From: an uncultured Lachnospiraceae bacterium
Lineage (GTDB): Bacteria > Bacillota > Clostridia > TANB77 > CAG-508
Direction: 5' to 3'
Assembly (NCBI GenBank): GCA_964650305.1
Contig: CAZYST010000002.1
Span: 26,887 to 90,886, forward strand
Length of the DNA stretch: 64,000 nucleotides
Each line of letters begins with the position of its first letter. The stretch's first letter is position 1. The notes beneath the pieces were generated by a model, which made no database searches, was not told the DNA's origin, and saw only the letters and a list, made by a program, of their open reading frames with translations. The position numbers were made by a program, and so were the translations under genes. Below, piece after piece: positions 39,683 to 49,655 of the stretch.

Positions 39683-40153
39683 ATGGAATTAGTAAAAAAT
39701 ATATTCTTTAACACAGATAAACTAACACCTAATACAAAGGTTAAAATTTCATATACAGGCAAATTTTTTCAAGATGGTTCAACCAATGTTTATATCCACT
39801 ATGGTTTTGGTAATAACTGGGAAAATCTAGTAGATGGAGAAATGACTAAAACTGAATTAGGATTTCAAATTGAAGTTGAACTTTTAGATAAAGATACATT
39901 TAATTTTTGTTTAAAAAACGAAAAAGATGAATGGGATAATAACAATAACCAAAATTATGTATTTTTAATAGAACATCCTGAAACTTCTTTAATCTTACTT
40001 GATGAATTTGATGTACCAACTATAAGAAGACTTAGAAAATCATATATAATATCTAAAAAAATAAAACTTGCTATATATAAAATGCTTATATACGTTCCTA
40101 GACTTATTTCTGGAAACTATAGAAAAAAACATAAACAAGAAAATAATTCTTAA
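39683..40153 (+). CDS. Hypothetical protein with a possible CBM25/CBM53-like (starch-binding type) beta-sandwich and a basic C-terminal tail
   Basis: GAGGAG RBS. Pattern VYIHYGFGNNWENL...FCLKNEKDEWDNNNNQNYVF recalls the W...W...DNNxGxNY motif of CBM25/53. Assigned from memory only. Confidence 0.45.
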   Translation: MELVKNIFFNTDKLTPNTKVKISYTGKFFQDGSTNVYIHYGFGNNWENLVDGEMTKTELGFQIEVELLDKDTFNFCLKNEKDEWDNNNNQNYVFLIEHPETSLILLDEFDVPTIRRLRKSYIISKKIKLAIYKMLIYVPRLISGNYRKKHKQENNS

Positions 40154-40186
40154 AAAGCTCTAGATTTTTCTAGAGCTTTTGCTTTG

Positions 40187-40906
40187 CTAAATTACCATAC
40201 CACCATTTGGAGAAATAACCTGCCCTGTTGTAAATTCGTCTTCTACAAGCCATTTCACACATCTAGCAATATCTATGCCTTCCCCTATTTTTTGAAGTGG
40301 TGTTTCTTCTTTTATTTCATTTAATTCTTCTTCTGTTAGATATGAATTCATATCTGTGTTTATACATCCCGGTGCTACTGAATTTATTCTGATATTTGAT
40401 GGTCCTAATTCTTTTGCTAAAGATTTTGTTATTGCATCTACACCTGCCTTTGTAGCAGAATAAATACTTGCACAAGATCCTCCATTTATTCCATATATTG
40501 AAGATATATTTATTATACTTCCATTTTTTTCTCTTAACATATATTTTAGTGTTTCTTGTATCATACAATATACAGAATATAAATTTACTTGAATTATATT
40601 ATTAAAGTCTTCATCTGTAATATCTTGTATCATTTTTTCTTGTGAAATTCCTGCATTATTTACTAATACATCTATTTTTCCATATTTATTTATTACATAT
40701 TCTACCATAGATACTATTTCATTACGTTTTGAAACATCTGCTTTATATATTTCTATATTTTCATTTAAATTTGCTAATTCTATAGCTTCTTTTTCAGATT
40801 TATTGTAGTTTGCTATTATTATATTTCCATTCTCAGATAACATTTCTGCAATAGCTTTACCTATTCCTCTGCTTGCCCCTGTTATTAGTATTACTTTTTT
40901 TTCCAT
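40187..40906 (-). CDS. Short-chain dehydrogenase/reductase (FabG-like 3-oxoacyl reductase family)
   Basis: TGASRGIGKA cofactor motif, NNAG, catalytic S...YSATKAG (YxxxK). Confidence 0.85.
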   Translation of the reverse strand: MEKKVILITGASRGIGKAIAEMLSENGNIIIANYNKSEKEAIELANLNENIEIYKADVSKRNEIVSMVEYVINKYGKIDVLVNNAGISQEKMIQDITDEDFNNIIQVNLYSVYCMIQETLKYMLREKNGSIINISSIYGINGGSCASIYSATKAGVDAITKSLAKELGPSNIRINSVAPGCINTDMNSYLTEEELNEIKEETPLQKIGEGIDIARCVKWLVEDEFTTGQVISPNGGMVI

Positions 40907-41125
40907 GTTAACTCCTTTAATCGTTATTATGTGATAATTATACTATTTTAGATAACTTTTTTCAACTTTCTTAGTTTTTCAATATTTAAATTGTCATTTT
41001 TTAATAATTCATATTGCTTAGTTTTAGTAGTTAATTTACAATTTATATATAAATTATAAATAAAAAATTATTTTTTGGAACTTTTTAATAAAAAAAATTC
41101 ACATATAAAGTGAAAGGTGGAAAAA

Positions 41126-41456
41126 ATGAGTACTTTAATTCAAAAAAAATTTGAAGAAATTTATAGAAGGACTTATAGACATGTATTGAAATACATTGTT
41201 TGTAAATGTCAAAATTTAGATGATGTAAATGATTTAATACAAGATGTTTATGTAGAATTATATGAAACTTTGGAAAAAAACATTTTATTAAATTAAATTA
41301 AGTAAAATTTTTTATTTATATTATTCATATGGACTTAAAATATCTGAAATTTCAAAAGAACTTTCAATAAGTGAAACAAATGTAAAACATTATATATACA
41401 GAACTTTAAAAGAACTAGAAAAAAATTTTGGAAAGGAGGTAAATCATGAAGAATAA
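41126..41456 (+). pseudogene. Decayed ECF-type sigma-70 factor: a region-2 fragment (41126-41296) and a region-4 fragment in another frame (41292-41456), with the middle deleted
   Basis: Fragment 1: MSTLIQKKFEEIYRRTYRHVLKYIVCKCQNLDDVNDLIQDVYVELYETLEKNILLN, then a stop. Fragment 2: ...KIFYLYYSYGLKISEISKELSISETNVKHYIYRTLKELEKNFGKEVNHEE. Together ~105 aa versus ~160-190 for intact ECF sigmas. The end overlaps the downstream ATG, as in sigma/anti-sigma pairs. Confidence 0.6.
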
Positions 41457-42567
41457 AGTTTATGAAGACTTTTCAAATGAGAAAATTAATGAAAATTCTA
41501 ATTTTAATGCAATTATTTTTAAAGTAAATGAGAGAAAAAATATGAAAAAATTTAAAATATTAAATTTGGTAGCTAGTTTACTTATTATAATAACAATATG
41601 CTTTGCAACTCAAACAATTTATGCAGGAATTCAGTGGAACATTCAATTTAAAGAATATCAAAATAGAGAATATGAATGTGGATATGCAACCATAACAGAT
41701 GCAACAGAAACAGGCTATATAGAAGATATTAAAATGGATTATATTACTCAAAATAATATTGCTGTAAAAGTAGATTCTCTTTTAATTGTTAATGATTATT
41801 TAGAAGTAAAAATGAATTTTAAATTACCAGAAAATATAAAAATTGACTCTGAAAATTTTTCTTATGGTTTTGCAATATATGATGAAAATAAAAATATATA
41901 TGGAATAGTTCCAAGAACACATATAGATAACAATAAATCATTCATTAATTATACAAAAAGTATGTATAAGGAATTAGGAGTAAAATATGATAAATATAAT
42001 ATTTTTAGTGTACAATTAAATGGAGGAGCTGAAATAGTGAACCTATCTGCTAAAGATTATAATATTATTTCTAAAATTACTATGAATGGACTAAGAAATT
42101 TCCCAAAAACTAATAAATTATTTGTAAGAATATTTGATTTAGGATTTTATACTTATAACGAAGAGGAAATATATGATAAAGATTTTGTTGTATCAGATTC
42201 AGAATGGATTTTTGAGCTAAATATTCCAGAAAAGTTTTATGAATTAAACAATATAGAATTAGCTTTAAAAAATGAACTTTCAGTAATAACACTTCAAAAA
42301 ATAACAGTAGATGATATTAGAATGAAAGTAGAATTAGAAATAGAAGGATATGAAGATTATATTATAGGTAAAGATGCAGATACTATTAACAAAATTATAA
42401 ATATAACTGATGCAAAAGGGAACATTTATTACTCCATATCTGGACGTAGTAATGGTAATAATACACTAGATTACTTTGCAATTAATAAAAATATGTTAGA
42501 TAAAAGTTTATTCTTAAATGTACAACTTAATGATAAAATATATACTAGCGAATTAATTCAAAAATAA
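41446..42567 (+). CDS. Single-pass membrane protein, putative anti-sigma factor (DUF4179-like topology) with a large extracytoplasmic domain
   Basis: Short cytoplasmic N-terminus, TM ILNLVASLLIIITICFATQTIYAG, ~310-aa external domain. Start overlaps the sigma pseudogene end. Confidence 0.5.
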   Translation: MKNKVYEDFSNEKINENSNFNAIIFKVNERKNMKKFKILNLVASLLIIITICFATQTIYAGIQWNIQFKEYQNREYECGYATITDATETGYIEDIKMDYITQNNIAVKVDSLLIVNDYLEVKMNFKLPENIKIDSENFSYGFAIYDENKNIYGIVPRTHIDNNKSFINYTKSMYKELGVKYDKYNIFSVQLNGGAEIVNLSAKDYNIISKITMNGLRNFPKTNKLFVRIFDLGFYTYNEEEIYDKDFVVSDSEWIFELNIPEKFYELNNIELALKNELSVITLQKITVDDIRMKVELEIEGYEDYIIGKDADTINKIINITDAKGNIYYSISGRSNGNNTLDYFAINKNMLDKSLFLNVQLNDKIYTSELIQK

Positions 42568-42571
42568 AAAA

Positions 42572-42595
42572 AGACAGATAGAAATATCTGTCTTT

Positions 42596-42596
<1 letters not shown>
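42572..42596 (+). terminator. Rho-independent terminator of the anti-sigma-like gene
   Basis: 9-bp stem AGACAGATA/TATCTGTCT, GAAA loop, T-run. Confidence 0.6.
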
Positions 42597-42671
<75 letters not shown>

Positions 42672-42691
42672 ATATCCCAATATAAAAAAAT

Positions 42692-42766
42692 TGGTGACCC
42701 CTACGGGAATCGAACCCATGTCTCCGCCGTGAAAGGGCGATGTCTTAACCGCTTGACCAAGGGGCC
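42692..42766 (-). tRNA. tRNA-Glu: tRNA-Glu (anticodon UUC), CCA encoded
   Basis: Reverse complement GGCCCCTTGGTCAAGCGGTTAAGACATCGCCCTTTCACGGCGGAGACATGGGTTCGATTCCCGTAGGGGTCACCA. Anticodon loop CTTTCAC. Confidence 0.95.
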
Positions 42767-42805
42767 TTATATAAACAACTGCTAATGAATCATTAGCAGT
42801 TGTTT

Positions 42806-42881
42806 TGGTGAGCTATCCGCGACTCGAACGCGGGACAACTTGATTAAAAGTCAAGTGCTCTACCACCTGAGCTAATAGCCC
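42806..42881 (-). tRNA. tRNA-Lys: tRNA-Lys (anticodon UUU), CCA encoded
   Basis: Reverse complement GGGCTATTAGCTCAGGTGGTAGAGCACTTGACTTTTAATCAAGTTGTCCCGCGTTCGAGTCGCGGATAGCTCACCA. Anticodon loop CTTTTAA. Confidence 0.95.
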
Positions 42882-43021
42882 ATATTTCTATGGAATGTTG
42901 CTGTGCTAATTGCGACTGCTTTTATATATTACACTATTTTTTAAAATCTGTCAACATTTTTTTAAAATTTTTTTAATTTTTTTCTTAAAAACTTAATATA
43001 TGCTGTTTTTATTTATAAATT

Positions 43022-43058
43022 ACACCCTAATTATTAGATTTTTTAATAATTAGGGTGT
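43022..43058 (-). terminator. Terminator hairpin downstream of the 995-aa fusion gene
   Basis: 14-bp perfect stem ACACCCTAATTATT/AATAATTAGGGTGT 17 nt after the stop. The T-tract on the minus strand is interrupted. Confidence 0.5.
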
Positions 43059-43074
43059 AGATTATATTTTTATA

Positions 43075-46062
43075 TTATTCAGATAGTCCTGCCATTGCTC
43101 TTTTTAAGTCTTCTAATTTTTCTTCACTATCTTTCATTGATTTTCCTTTTACTCCCATATAGAATTTAACTTTTGGTTCTGTTCCAGATGGTCTTACACA
43201 GCACCATGCTGCATCTTCTAAATCAAAATATAAAACATTTGATTCTGGAAGTCCTGTTTCACTTTCTTTTCCTGTTTTTGTATCTACAATCTTTCCTGTT
43301 TTATAATCTCTAATTTTTGTTACTTTATATTCTCCTAATTTTTTAGGTGGATTTTTTCTTATATTTTCCATTAATTCTTTTATTTTTTCTGCTCCGTCAG
43401 CACCTTTTAATGTAATTGTAGAAATTCCTTCTTTATAGAATCCATATTTTTCATATATTTTTATCATTTGATCCCATAAAGTTAAACCTTTTTTCTTATA
43501 GTACGCTGCTGCTTCACAAAGCATCATTACTGCTGTTATAGCATCTTTATCTCTTGCATGTGTTCCTACTAAACATCCATAGCTTTCTTCATATCCAAAT
43601 AGATATTCATGACTACCTGTTGCTTCAAAATTTCTAATTTGTTCTCCTATATATTTAAATCCTGTTAAAACTTCTATAAAATCTACATTATATTCTTTAG
43701 CAATTGCAATAGCTAAGTTTGAAGATACTATTGTAGAAATTAATGCTCCATTATTTGGAAGTAATCCTTTTTCTTTCTTTTGAGATAATATATATTCAGC
43801 AATTAATAATCCTGACATATTTCCTGTAAATGACTTATATTCTCCTGTTTTGCTATCTTTTGCAAAAACACCTAATCTGTCTGCATCTGGATCTGTAGCT
43901 AAAACAACATCAGCATCTACCTTATTTGCTAATTTTAATGCAAGATCAAAAGCTTTTATATCTTCTGGATTTGGATAATCTACAGTTGGAAAGCTTCCAT
44001 TTGGTAATTCTTGTTCAGGAACTACATATACATTTGTAAATCCAAGTTCTGAAAGAACTCTTTGAACTGGTATATTTCCTGTTCCATGTAAAGGTGTATA
44101 TACAATATTTAAATCTTTTTCTACTTCTTTTATAATTTCTGGATTTAATACTTGTTTTTTTATAGCTGATAAATATAATTTATCCATTGCACTACCTATA
44201 ACATTATATAATCTTTGAGAAGTAGCTTCTTTTAATGTCATTTTTCTAATTAAAGAATAATCTTTAACTTTATTTACTTCTGCTATTATTTCTTTATCTA
44301 CTGGTGAAACTATTTGTGCTCCATCATCCCAATAAACTTTATATCCATTATATTCTGGTGGATTATGACTTGCTGTAATCATAATTCCTGCTGTACATCC
44401 TAATTCTCTTACAGCAAATGAAAGCTCTGGTACTGGTCTTAATGATTCAAAAATATATGTTTTTATTCCATTTGCATTCAAGCAAAGAGCTGTAGCTTCT
44501 GCAAATTCTGGTGACATATTTCTAGAATCATAGCTTATTGCAACACCTTTGTTTTCTGTTCCTTTTTTTAATATATAGTTTGCTAATCCTTGAGTAGCTT
44601 TTGTAACAGTATAAATATTCATTCTATTTGTACCATTTCCTATAACTCCTCTTAGTCCTGCTGTTCCAAATTCTAAATCTTTATAAAATCTATCTTTTAT
44701 TTCTTCTTCATTTCCTGTTATTAATAAAAGTTCTTTTCTTGTTTCTTCATCAAAAACAGGACTTGTTGACCACTCTTTATATTTTTTATGATATTCAACT
44801 TTGTTCATATAATCTCTATATAATTTTCTAGCTGTTTCAGGTGAATCTTGACCTTCTGCATTTTTGATTGGTGCAAATTCTTCTTCTCTTTTTACTCTTA
44901 AAACAACTACATCATCAAACCTCTCATATGAATCAAATATAAACATTTCAAATTTATATGCATTTGGTTTTTCTGCTTTTACTATTTTTCCATTTTCATC
45001 CATATAATTTGCTTTTTTTACTGCTGTATGATATGGAAGTTTACATTCACTTACTTTTTCTAAACCTTTTATATTGTATAAGTGGAATATAGCATTTGCA
45101 TCTCCAAAAACAAGTGAACCATAATCATCTCTTTGATTTGCCATTTGTTCTGAAATTTCTGTATATTCAACTACACCAACTTTTTTATTTTTTCTACAAA
45201 ATACACCAACTTTTTCTTTAGGATCTGTTTTTTCTATTGATTTAACTGCTCCTAATACTTTATTGTGTATAGACATTCCTATTAATAATGGGTCAACAGG
45301 TTTTACTAATACGTTATCCACACCATTTATAAACACCCATTCAATTCCATTTTTCTTCATTTCTTCTATAACTTTTGATTTATCCATTGACTGTAATGTT
45401 CCACCATGTCCATTAGCAGCTTCTTTTACTAAACCTTCTTCTGTTAATAATATTTTTCCATCTAATCCAATCATTGGTAATTGACCTTGTATGAAAAATT
45501 TAACAGCTTCTTTTGGATATCCAAAATAATTATTTTTTTCAAAGAATTCAACAGTTGCTTTATTATTTTCTCTACTAGTCATTAAATACCATGGTATTAC
45601 TGTGTCATATTTCATCCATGCTTCTCTTAAAGTATCGCATAAAGCTTCAAATATTGATTTATTTAAGCTTGGCTCAAATATATATGTTCCTTTTGGACCT
45701 GTATGACCAAGTCTTGTCCCTTGGCCTCCTGCCATTGTTACAACTGCAAATTTATTATATTTTATTGCTTCTATACCTTTTTTTGTATACATTTCTTTTT
45801 CGCTAACTGTTAATTTAGATTTATCCACATGTTCAATTGGTTCTATTGTAACCTTTCCTAAATCTACTGGTTTTTTAGCATTTTCGTATAATTCATTCAT
45901 TAAATCAAAATCTATATTTTCTATTTGACCTAATAATTCTTCTTTTTTTGCATCATCTAATTTATCATAATTAATTAATAGATGTTCTTGATTATATTTC
46001 TTTAGTAATTCTTTTACTTTTTTTAATCTTTCTTCCATTTTGGATATTAATGCTCCTTTCAT
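43075..46062 (-). CDS. Bifunctional fusion: UDPGP-family UDP-sugar (UDP-N-acetylhexosamine/UDP-hexose) pyrophosphorylase (N, ~425 aa) joined to alpha-D-phosphohexomutase (PgcA/PGM-PMM type, C, ~570 aa)
   Basis: N-part: MAGGQGTRLGHTGPKGT (UDPGP signature). C-part: FGTAGLRGVIG, phosphoserine loop TASHNPPEYNGYK, Mg site DPDADR. The junction ...YRDYMNKVEYHKKYKEWSTSPVFDEETRKEL (about 44775-44800) has no stop or frame change. An alternative start is ATG 46038. Confidence 0.85.
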   Translation of the reverse strand: MKGALISKMEERLKKVKELLKKYNQEHLLINYDKLDDAKKEELLGQIENIDFDLMNELYENAKKPVDLGKVTIEPIEHVDKSKLTVSEKEMYTKKGIEAIKYNKFAVVTMAGGQGTRLGHTGPKGTYIFEPSLNKSIFEALCDTLREAWMKYDTVIPWYLMTSRENNKATVEFFEKNNYFGYPKEAVKFFIQGQLPMIGLDGKILLTEEGLVKEAANGHGGTLQSMDKSKVIEEMKKNGIEWVFINGVDNVLVKPVDPLLIGMSIHNKVLGAVKSIEKTDPKEKVGVFCRKNKKVGVVEYTEISEQMANQRDDYGSLVFGDANAIFHLYNIKGLEKVSECKLPYHTAVKKANYMDENGKIVKAEKPNAYKFEMFIFDSYERFDDVVVLRVKREEEFAPIKNAEGQDSPETARKLYRDYMNKVEYHKKYKEWSTSPVFDEETRKELLLITGNEEEIKDRFYKDLEFGTAGLRGVIGNGTNRMNIYTVTKATQGLANYILKKGTENKGVAISYDSRNMSPEFAEATALCLNANGIKTYIFESLRPVPELSFAVRELGCTAGIMITASHNPPEYNGYKVYWDDGAQIVSPVDKEIIAEVNKVKDYSLIRKMTLKEATSQRLYNVIGSAMDKLYLSAIKKQVLNPEIIKEVEKDLNIVYTPLHGTGNIPVQRVLSELGFTNVYVVPEQELPNGSFPTVDYPNPEDIKAFDLALKLANKVDADVVLATDPDADRLGVFAKDSKTGEYKSFTGNMSGLLIAEYILSQKKEKGLLPNNGALISTIVSSNLAIAIAKEYNVDFIEVLTGFKYIGEQIRNFEATGSHEYLFGYEESYGCLVGTHARDKDAITAVMMLCEAAAYYKKKGLTLWDQMIKIYEKYGFYKEGISTITLKGADGAEKIKELMENIRKNPPKKLGEYKVTKIRDYKTGKIVDTKTGKESETGLPESNVLYFDLEDAAWCCVRPSGTEPKVKFYMGVKGKSMKDSEEKLEDLKRAMAGLSE

Positions 46063-46204
46063 TATTTCATCTTCAATATTGATAAAAATAAACTTTGGTA
46101 TATATTATATCATTTTTATTCTTAAGTCAACATTGATTTTCTTTTGCACTCTTACGGATTCATTTATTATCAAGTTTTATAATGCCATAAATTTTAATGA
46201 TATA

Positions 46205-46699
46205 CTATTTCATAATTGTGATTTCTTTGTTACATTTTCTTGCTTTTTGTGTAAATTGTGTGAACAATTCTTCTTTAGAAATTTCTCCTTTTGTATTTAC
46301 CACTTTTGAATGCATTCTTAATATCTCTAGTATTTCTTCTTCTGTTTTATTATATTCAAAACAATCTATTATAATATCATTTTTTTCTAAATTATTTTCT
46401 AATTCTTTCTTTATTTTTTTCATATATTCATAAGATCCTATAATTGTTATCACTTTTTTGCTTTTCTTATTTATTTTTTCTTTATTTTCTTTCCATTCTA
46501 TTTTTCTTAAGTCTTTATCTTTTTCTTTTGTTAAAATATTATTTATAATTTTATTTGATACTTCTGTTAAATCTTTTTCTGAATAGATTTTTATACTGTA
46601 TCTTTCTTCCATCTTTTGTTTCATATATGGTAAAAGCATTGTTATTAAATGAGCTTCATTTGCATAAAAACTACAAAAACATTTTGTATTCATTTTCAT
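46205..46699 (-). CDS. Hypothetical cytoplasmic protein (164 aa), divergent from spoIIR
   Basis: ORF with GGAGG upstream. No motif recognised (MKMNTKCFCSFYANEAHLITMLLPYMKQ...). Confidence 0.5.
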   Translation of the reverse strand: MKMNTKCFCSFYANEAHLITMLLPYMKQKMEERYSIKIYSEKDLTEVSNKIINNILTKEKDKDLRKIEWKENKEKINKKSKKVITIIGSYEYMKKIKKELENNLEKNDIIIDCFEYNKTEEEILEILRMHSKVVNTKGEISKEELFTQFTQKARKCNKEITIMK

Positions 46700-46867
46700 T
46701 CCTCCATATATTTATTTGATATATTGATTTTATTGCTAAACTATATATGCGTCAAGCAAAATCGTCCTTCCTTTTTCGACATGAATAATTTTTAAAATTT
46801 TGCAAATAATTTATTTTATAGATAATTTTTACAAAATTGTTTAATCTTAATTTAAAAGGAGATTTTT

Positions 46868-47494
46868 ATGAAAAAGCAATTCAAATCATTTGTATTATTA
46901 TTAATTTTATTTACATGTTTTATAATTATTACTATAAAATCTTATGCCACAACTGTTTTTAATGATTTAAATAACAGTTTTTTTAGACTTCATATAATTG
47001 CTAATAGTGATTCTGAAATAGATCAAAATTTAAAATTAAAAGTAAGAGATGCAATTATTGAATATATGAATACCTTAACTCAAAACATTTCTTCAAAATC
47101 TGACGCTATTAATATCTGCAACAATCATTTAGCTGATTTTGAAAATATTGCTAAAGAAGTTATAAATCAAGAAGGATTTGATTATCCTGTTTCCTTAAAA
47201 ATAGGAAATTTTTATTTTCCAACTAAATATTATGGAAATATATCTTTACCTGCTGGAAATTATGATGCTTTAAAAATAGAAATTGGAAAAGCACAAGGAA
47301 AAAATTGGTGGTGTTCTCTTTTTCCACCTTTATGTTTTGTTGATATGTCTTCTGGAATTATAGATGATGAATCAAAAGAATTATTAGAAGAAAATCTTTC
47401 AAAAGAAGATTTTGCCATTATAACAAGTAATTCAGGCGATATTCATATTAAATTTAAAATTATTGAATTTTTAAATAACAAAAAGATATTGTAA
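46868..47494 (+). CDS. spoIIR: Stage II sporulation protein R
   Basis: Signal/TM N-terminus, then [30 protein letters not shown] and [14 protein letters not shown], characteristic of SpoIIR. Confidence 0.85.
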   Translation: MKKQFKSFVLLLILFTCFIIITIKSYATTVFNDLNNSFFRLHIIANSDSEIDQNLKLKVRDAIIEYMNTLTQNISSKSDAINICNNHLADFENIAKEVINQEGFDYPVSLKIGNFYFPTKYYGNISLPAGNYDALKIEIGKAQGKNWWCSLFPPLCFVDMSSGIIDDESKELLEENLSKEDFAIITSNSGDIHIKFKIIEFLNNKKIL

Positions 47495-47570
47495 ATATTT
47501 TCTTTTTATGATATATTCCATATTGAGTAAATTTTTGCTCATTAATACGAAAAATATGGGGGTATATATT

Positions 47571-48830
47571 TTGGAAAAATTAGTTATTACAGGAGGAACA
47601 CCTTTAAAAGGTGAAGTTGTTATAAGTGGTGCAAAAAATGCAGCTATAGCTATAATTCCAGCAACTTTACTAATTAATGGAATTTGTACAATTGAAAATT
47701 TACCAAATATTAGCGATGTAAAATTATATTGTGATATATTAAAAGATTTAGGTGCAATAATTACTTGGAAATCAGAACACGAAGTAACTATTGATACTAG
47801 AAATATAGATTCTAAAAAAACACCTTTAGATGTTACTAGAAAATTTAGAGCATCTTATTATTTAATCGGTGCATTACTTGGAAGAAGTAAATTTGCACAA
47901 GTTGGTAGTCCAGGTGGATGTAATTTAGGTGCAAGACCTATTGATCAACATATAAAAGGATTTGAAGCTTTAGGAGCTACTGTTGATGTATCAAGTGGAA
48001 ATATTACAGCAACTGCAAAAAAATTAGTAGGTACATCAATATATATGGACGTTGTATCTGTTGGTGCAACAATTAATATTATGCTTGCAAGTGTTCTAGC
48101 AGAAGGTACAACTATTATAGATAATGCTGCAAAAGAACCTCATATTGTTGATGTTGCAAACTTTTTAAACACTATGGGTGCTGATATTCGTGGTGCAGGA
48201 ACAGATATTATAAAAATAAATGGAGTAAAGGAATTAAAAGGAAATGCTACATACTCTATTGTTCCAGATCAAATCGAAGCTGGTACTTTTATGATTGCTG
48301 CTGTTGCTTCAAAAGGTGATATTATAATAAAAAATTGTATTACAAAACATTTAGAATCAATTATTGCAAAAGTAATTGAAATTGGTGGAAATGTTGATGC
48401 AAATGGTGATCATTTACGTGTGTGGTGTAATAAAAGAACAACAAAAGCAAATATTAAAACTTTACCATATCCTGGTTTTCCTACAGATTTACAACCTCAA
48501 ATGGGTGTAGCTCTTGCTATTTCTGATGGAACAAGTATTATAAATGAAAGTATATGGGAATCAAGATTTCAATATACTGCTGAACTTAATAAAATGGGAG
48601 CAAAAATTACAGCAACAGGAAAAACAGCTATATTTGAAGGTGTAAAATCTTTAAATGCTTCTCCTGTATATGCTTCTGATTTAAGAGCTGGTGCTGCTTT
48701 AGTAATTGCTGGAATTGTTGCAAAAGGAAAAACAGAAATATACAATTTAAACCACATTGATCGTGGATATGAAAATATAGAAGAAAAATTCAGAAAACTT
48801 GGTGCAAAAATAGAAAGAGTTACTGAATAA
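47571..48830 (+). CDS. murA: UDP-N-acetylglucosamine 1-carboxyvinyltransferase
   Basis: [25 protein letters not shown]..., active-site Cys loop [14 protein letters not shown]. The ORF opens at 47508, but TTG 47571 (or ATG 47556) with a GGGGG RBS matches the usual MurA N-terminus. Confidence 0.9.
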   Translation: MEKLVITGGTPLKGEVVISGAKNAAIAIIPATLLINGICTIENLPNISDVKLYCDILKDLGAIITWKSEHEVTIDTRNIDSKKTPLDVTRKFRASYYLIGALLGRSKFAQVGSPGGCNLGARPIDQHIKGFEALGATVDVSSGNITATAKKLVGTSIYMDVVSVGATINIMLASVLAEGTTIIDNAAKEPHIVDVANFLNTMGADIRGAGTDIIKINGVKELKGNATYSIVPDQIEAGTFMIAAVASKGDIIIKNCITKHLESIIAKVIEIGGNVDANGDHLRVWCNKRTTKANIKTLPYPGFPTDLQPQMGVALAISDGTSIINESIWESRFQYTAELNKMGAKITATGKTAIFEGVKSLNASPVYASDLRAGAALVIAGIVAKGKTEIYNLNHIDRGYENIEEKFRKLGAKIERVTE

Positions 48831-48842
48831 AGGATAATTAAT

Positions 48843-49631
48843 ATGTTAAAATTTTGTAGTTTATATAGTGGAAGCTCTGGAAATTGTTTATTTGTAGATT
48901 CTAATAACACAAAATTGTTAATAGACTGTGGAACTAGTGGAAAGAAAATTTCTACTGCATTAGCATCAATTAATTCATCAATAGAAGAAATTGATGCTAT
49001 TTTAGTTACACATGAACATTCTGATCATATACAAAGTTTAGGACTTTTATCTAGTAAATATAATATTCCTGTATATGCTAATCTAGAAACATGGAATGCT
49101 ATGGAATCTCAAAAGAAAAAAATTTCAGAAAATAATATTAAGACATTTGAAAATGATAAGGATTTTGTTTTAAATGATTTAACAATACATCCTTTTTCAA
49201 CTCCACATGATGCAGCAAATCCTTGTGGATTTAATATACATAACGGAAAAAGAAAATTAAGTATAGCAACTGATTTAGGTCATATGAATAATGAAATATT
49301 AGACAACTTAAAAGAAAGTTCTTTTCTTCTTTTAGAATCTAATTATGATCCAAATATTTTGCAACTTTCAAAATATCCATATATGCTAAAAGAACGTATT
49401 AAAGGTCCTAATGGTCATCTTTCAAATTCCACTGCTGGAAAAACAATATCTGCTCTTTTTAATAAGGAGCTAAAACAAGTTATGTTGGGACATTTAAGTA
49501 AAGAAAACAATTTTCCTGAACTTGCATATCAAACCGTCTTAAACGAACTTATGAATTCAAATATTGATACAAATAAAATAAATATAAATGTTGCTAGTAG
49601 ATCAATGCCTAGTAATATTATAGAAATATAA
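48843..49631 (+). CDS. MBL-fold metallo-hydrolase (YycJ/WalJ-like)
   Basis: LLIDCG...VTHEHSDH metallo-beta-lactamase motif; 262 aa. Confidence 0.8.
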   Translation: MLKFCSLYSGSSGNCLFVDSNNTKLLIDCGTSGKKISTALASINSSIEEIDAILVTHEHSDHIQSLGLLSSKYNIPVYANLETWNAMESQKKKISENNIKTFENDKDFVLNDLTIHPFSTPHDAANPCGFNIHNGKRKLSIATDLGHMNNEILDNLKESSFLLLESNYDPNILQLSKYPYMLKERIKGPNGHLSNSTAGKTISALFNKELKQVMLGHLSKENNFPELAYQTVLNELMNSNIDTNKININVASRSMPSNIIEI

Positions 49632-49655
49632 AGAACCAAGATTAAATCTTGGTTC

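Noticed and set aside
46700-46867. A sigma-F type promoter for spoIIR in the divergent intergenic region.
   Set aside because: I found no convincing GG-containing -10 element (GGnnAnAnT) at the right spacing from a GCATA-like -35 element, so I cannot support a call from sequence alone.
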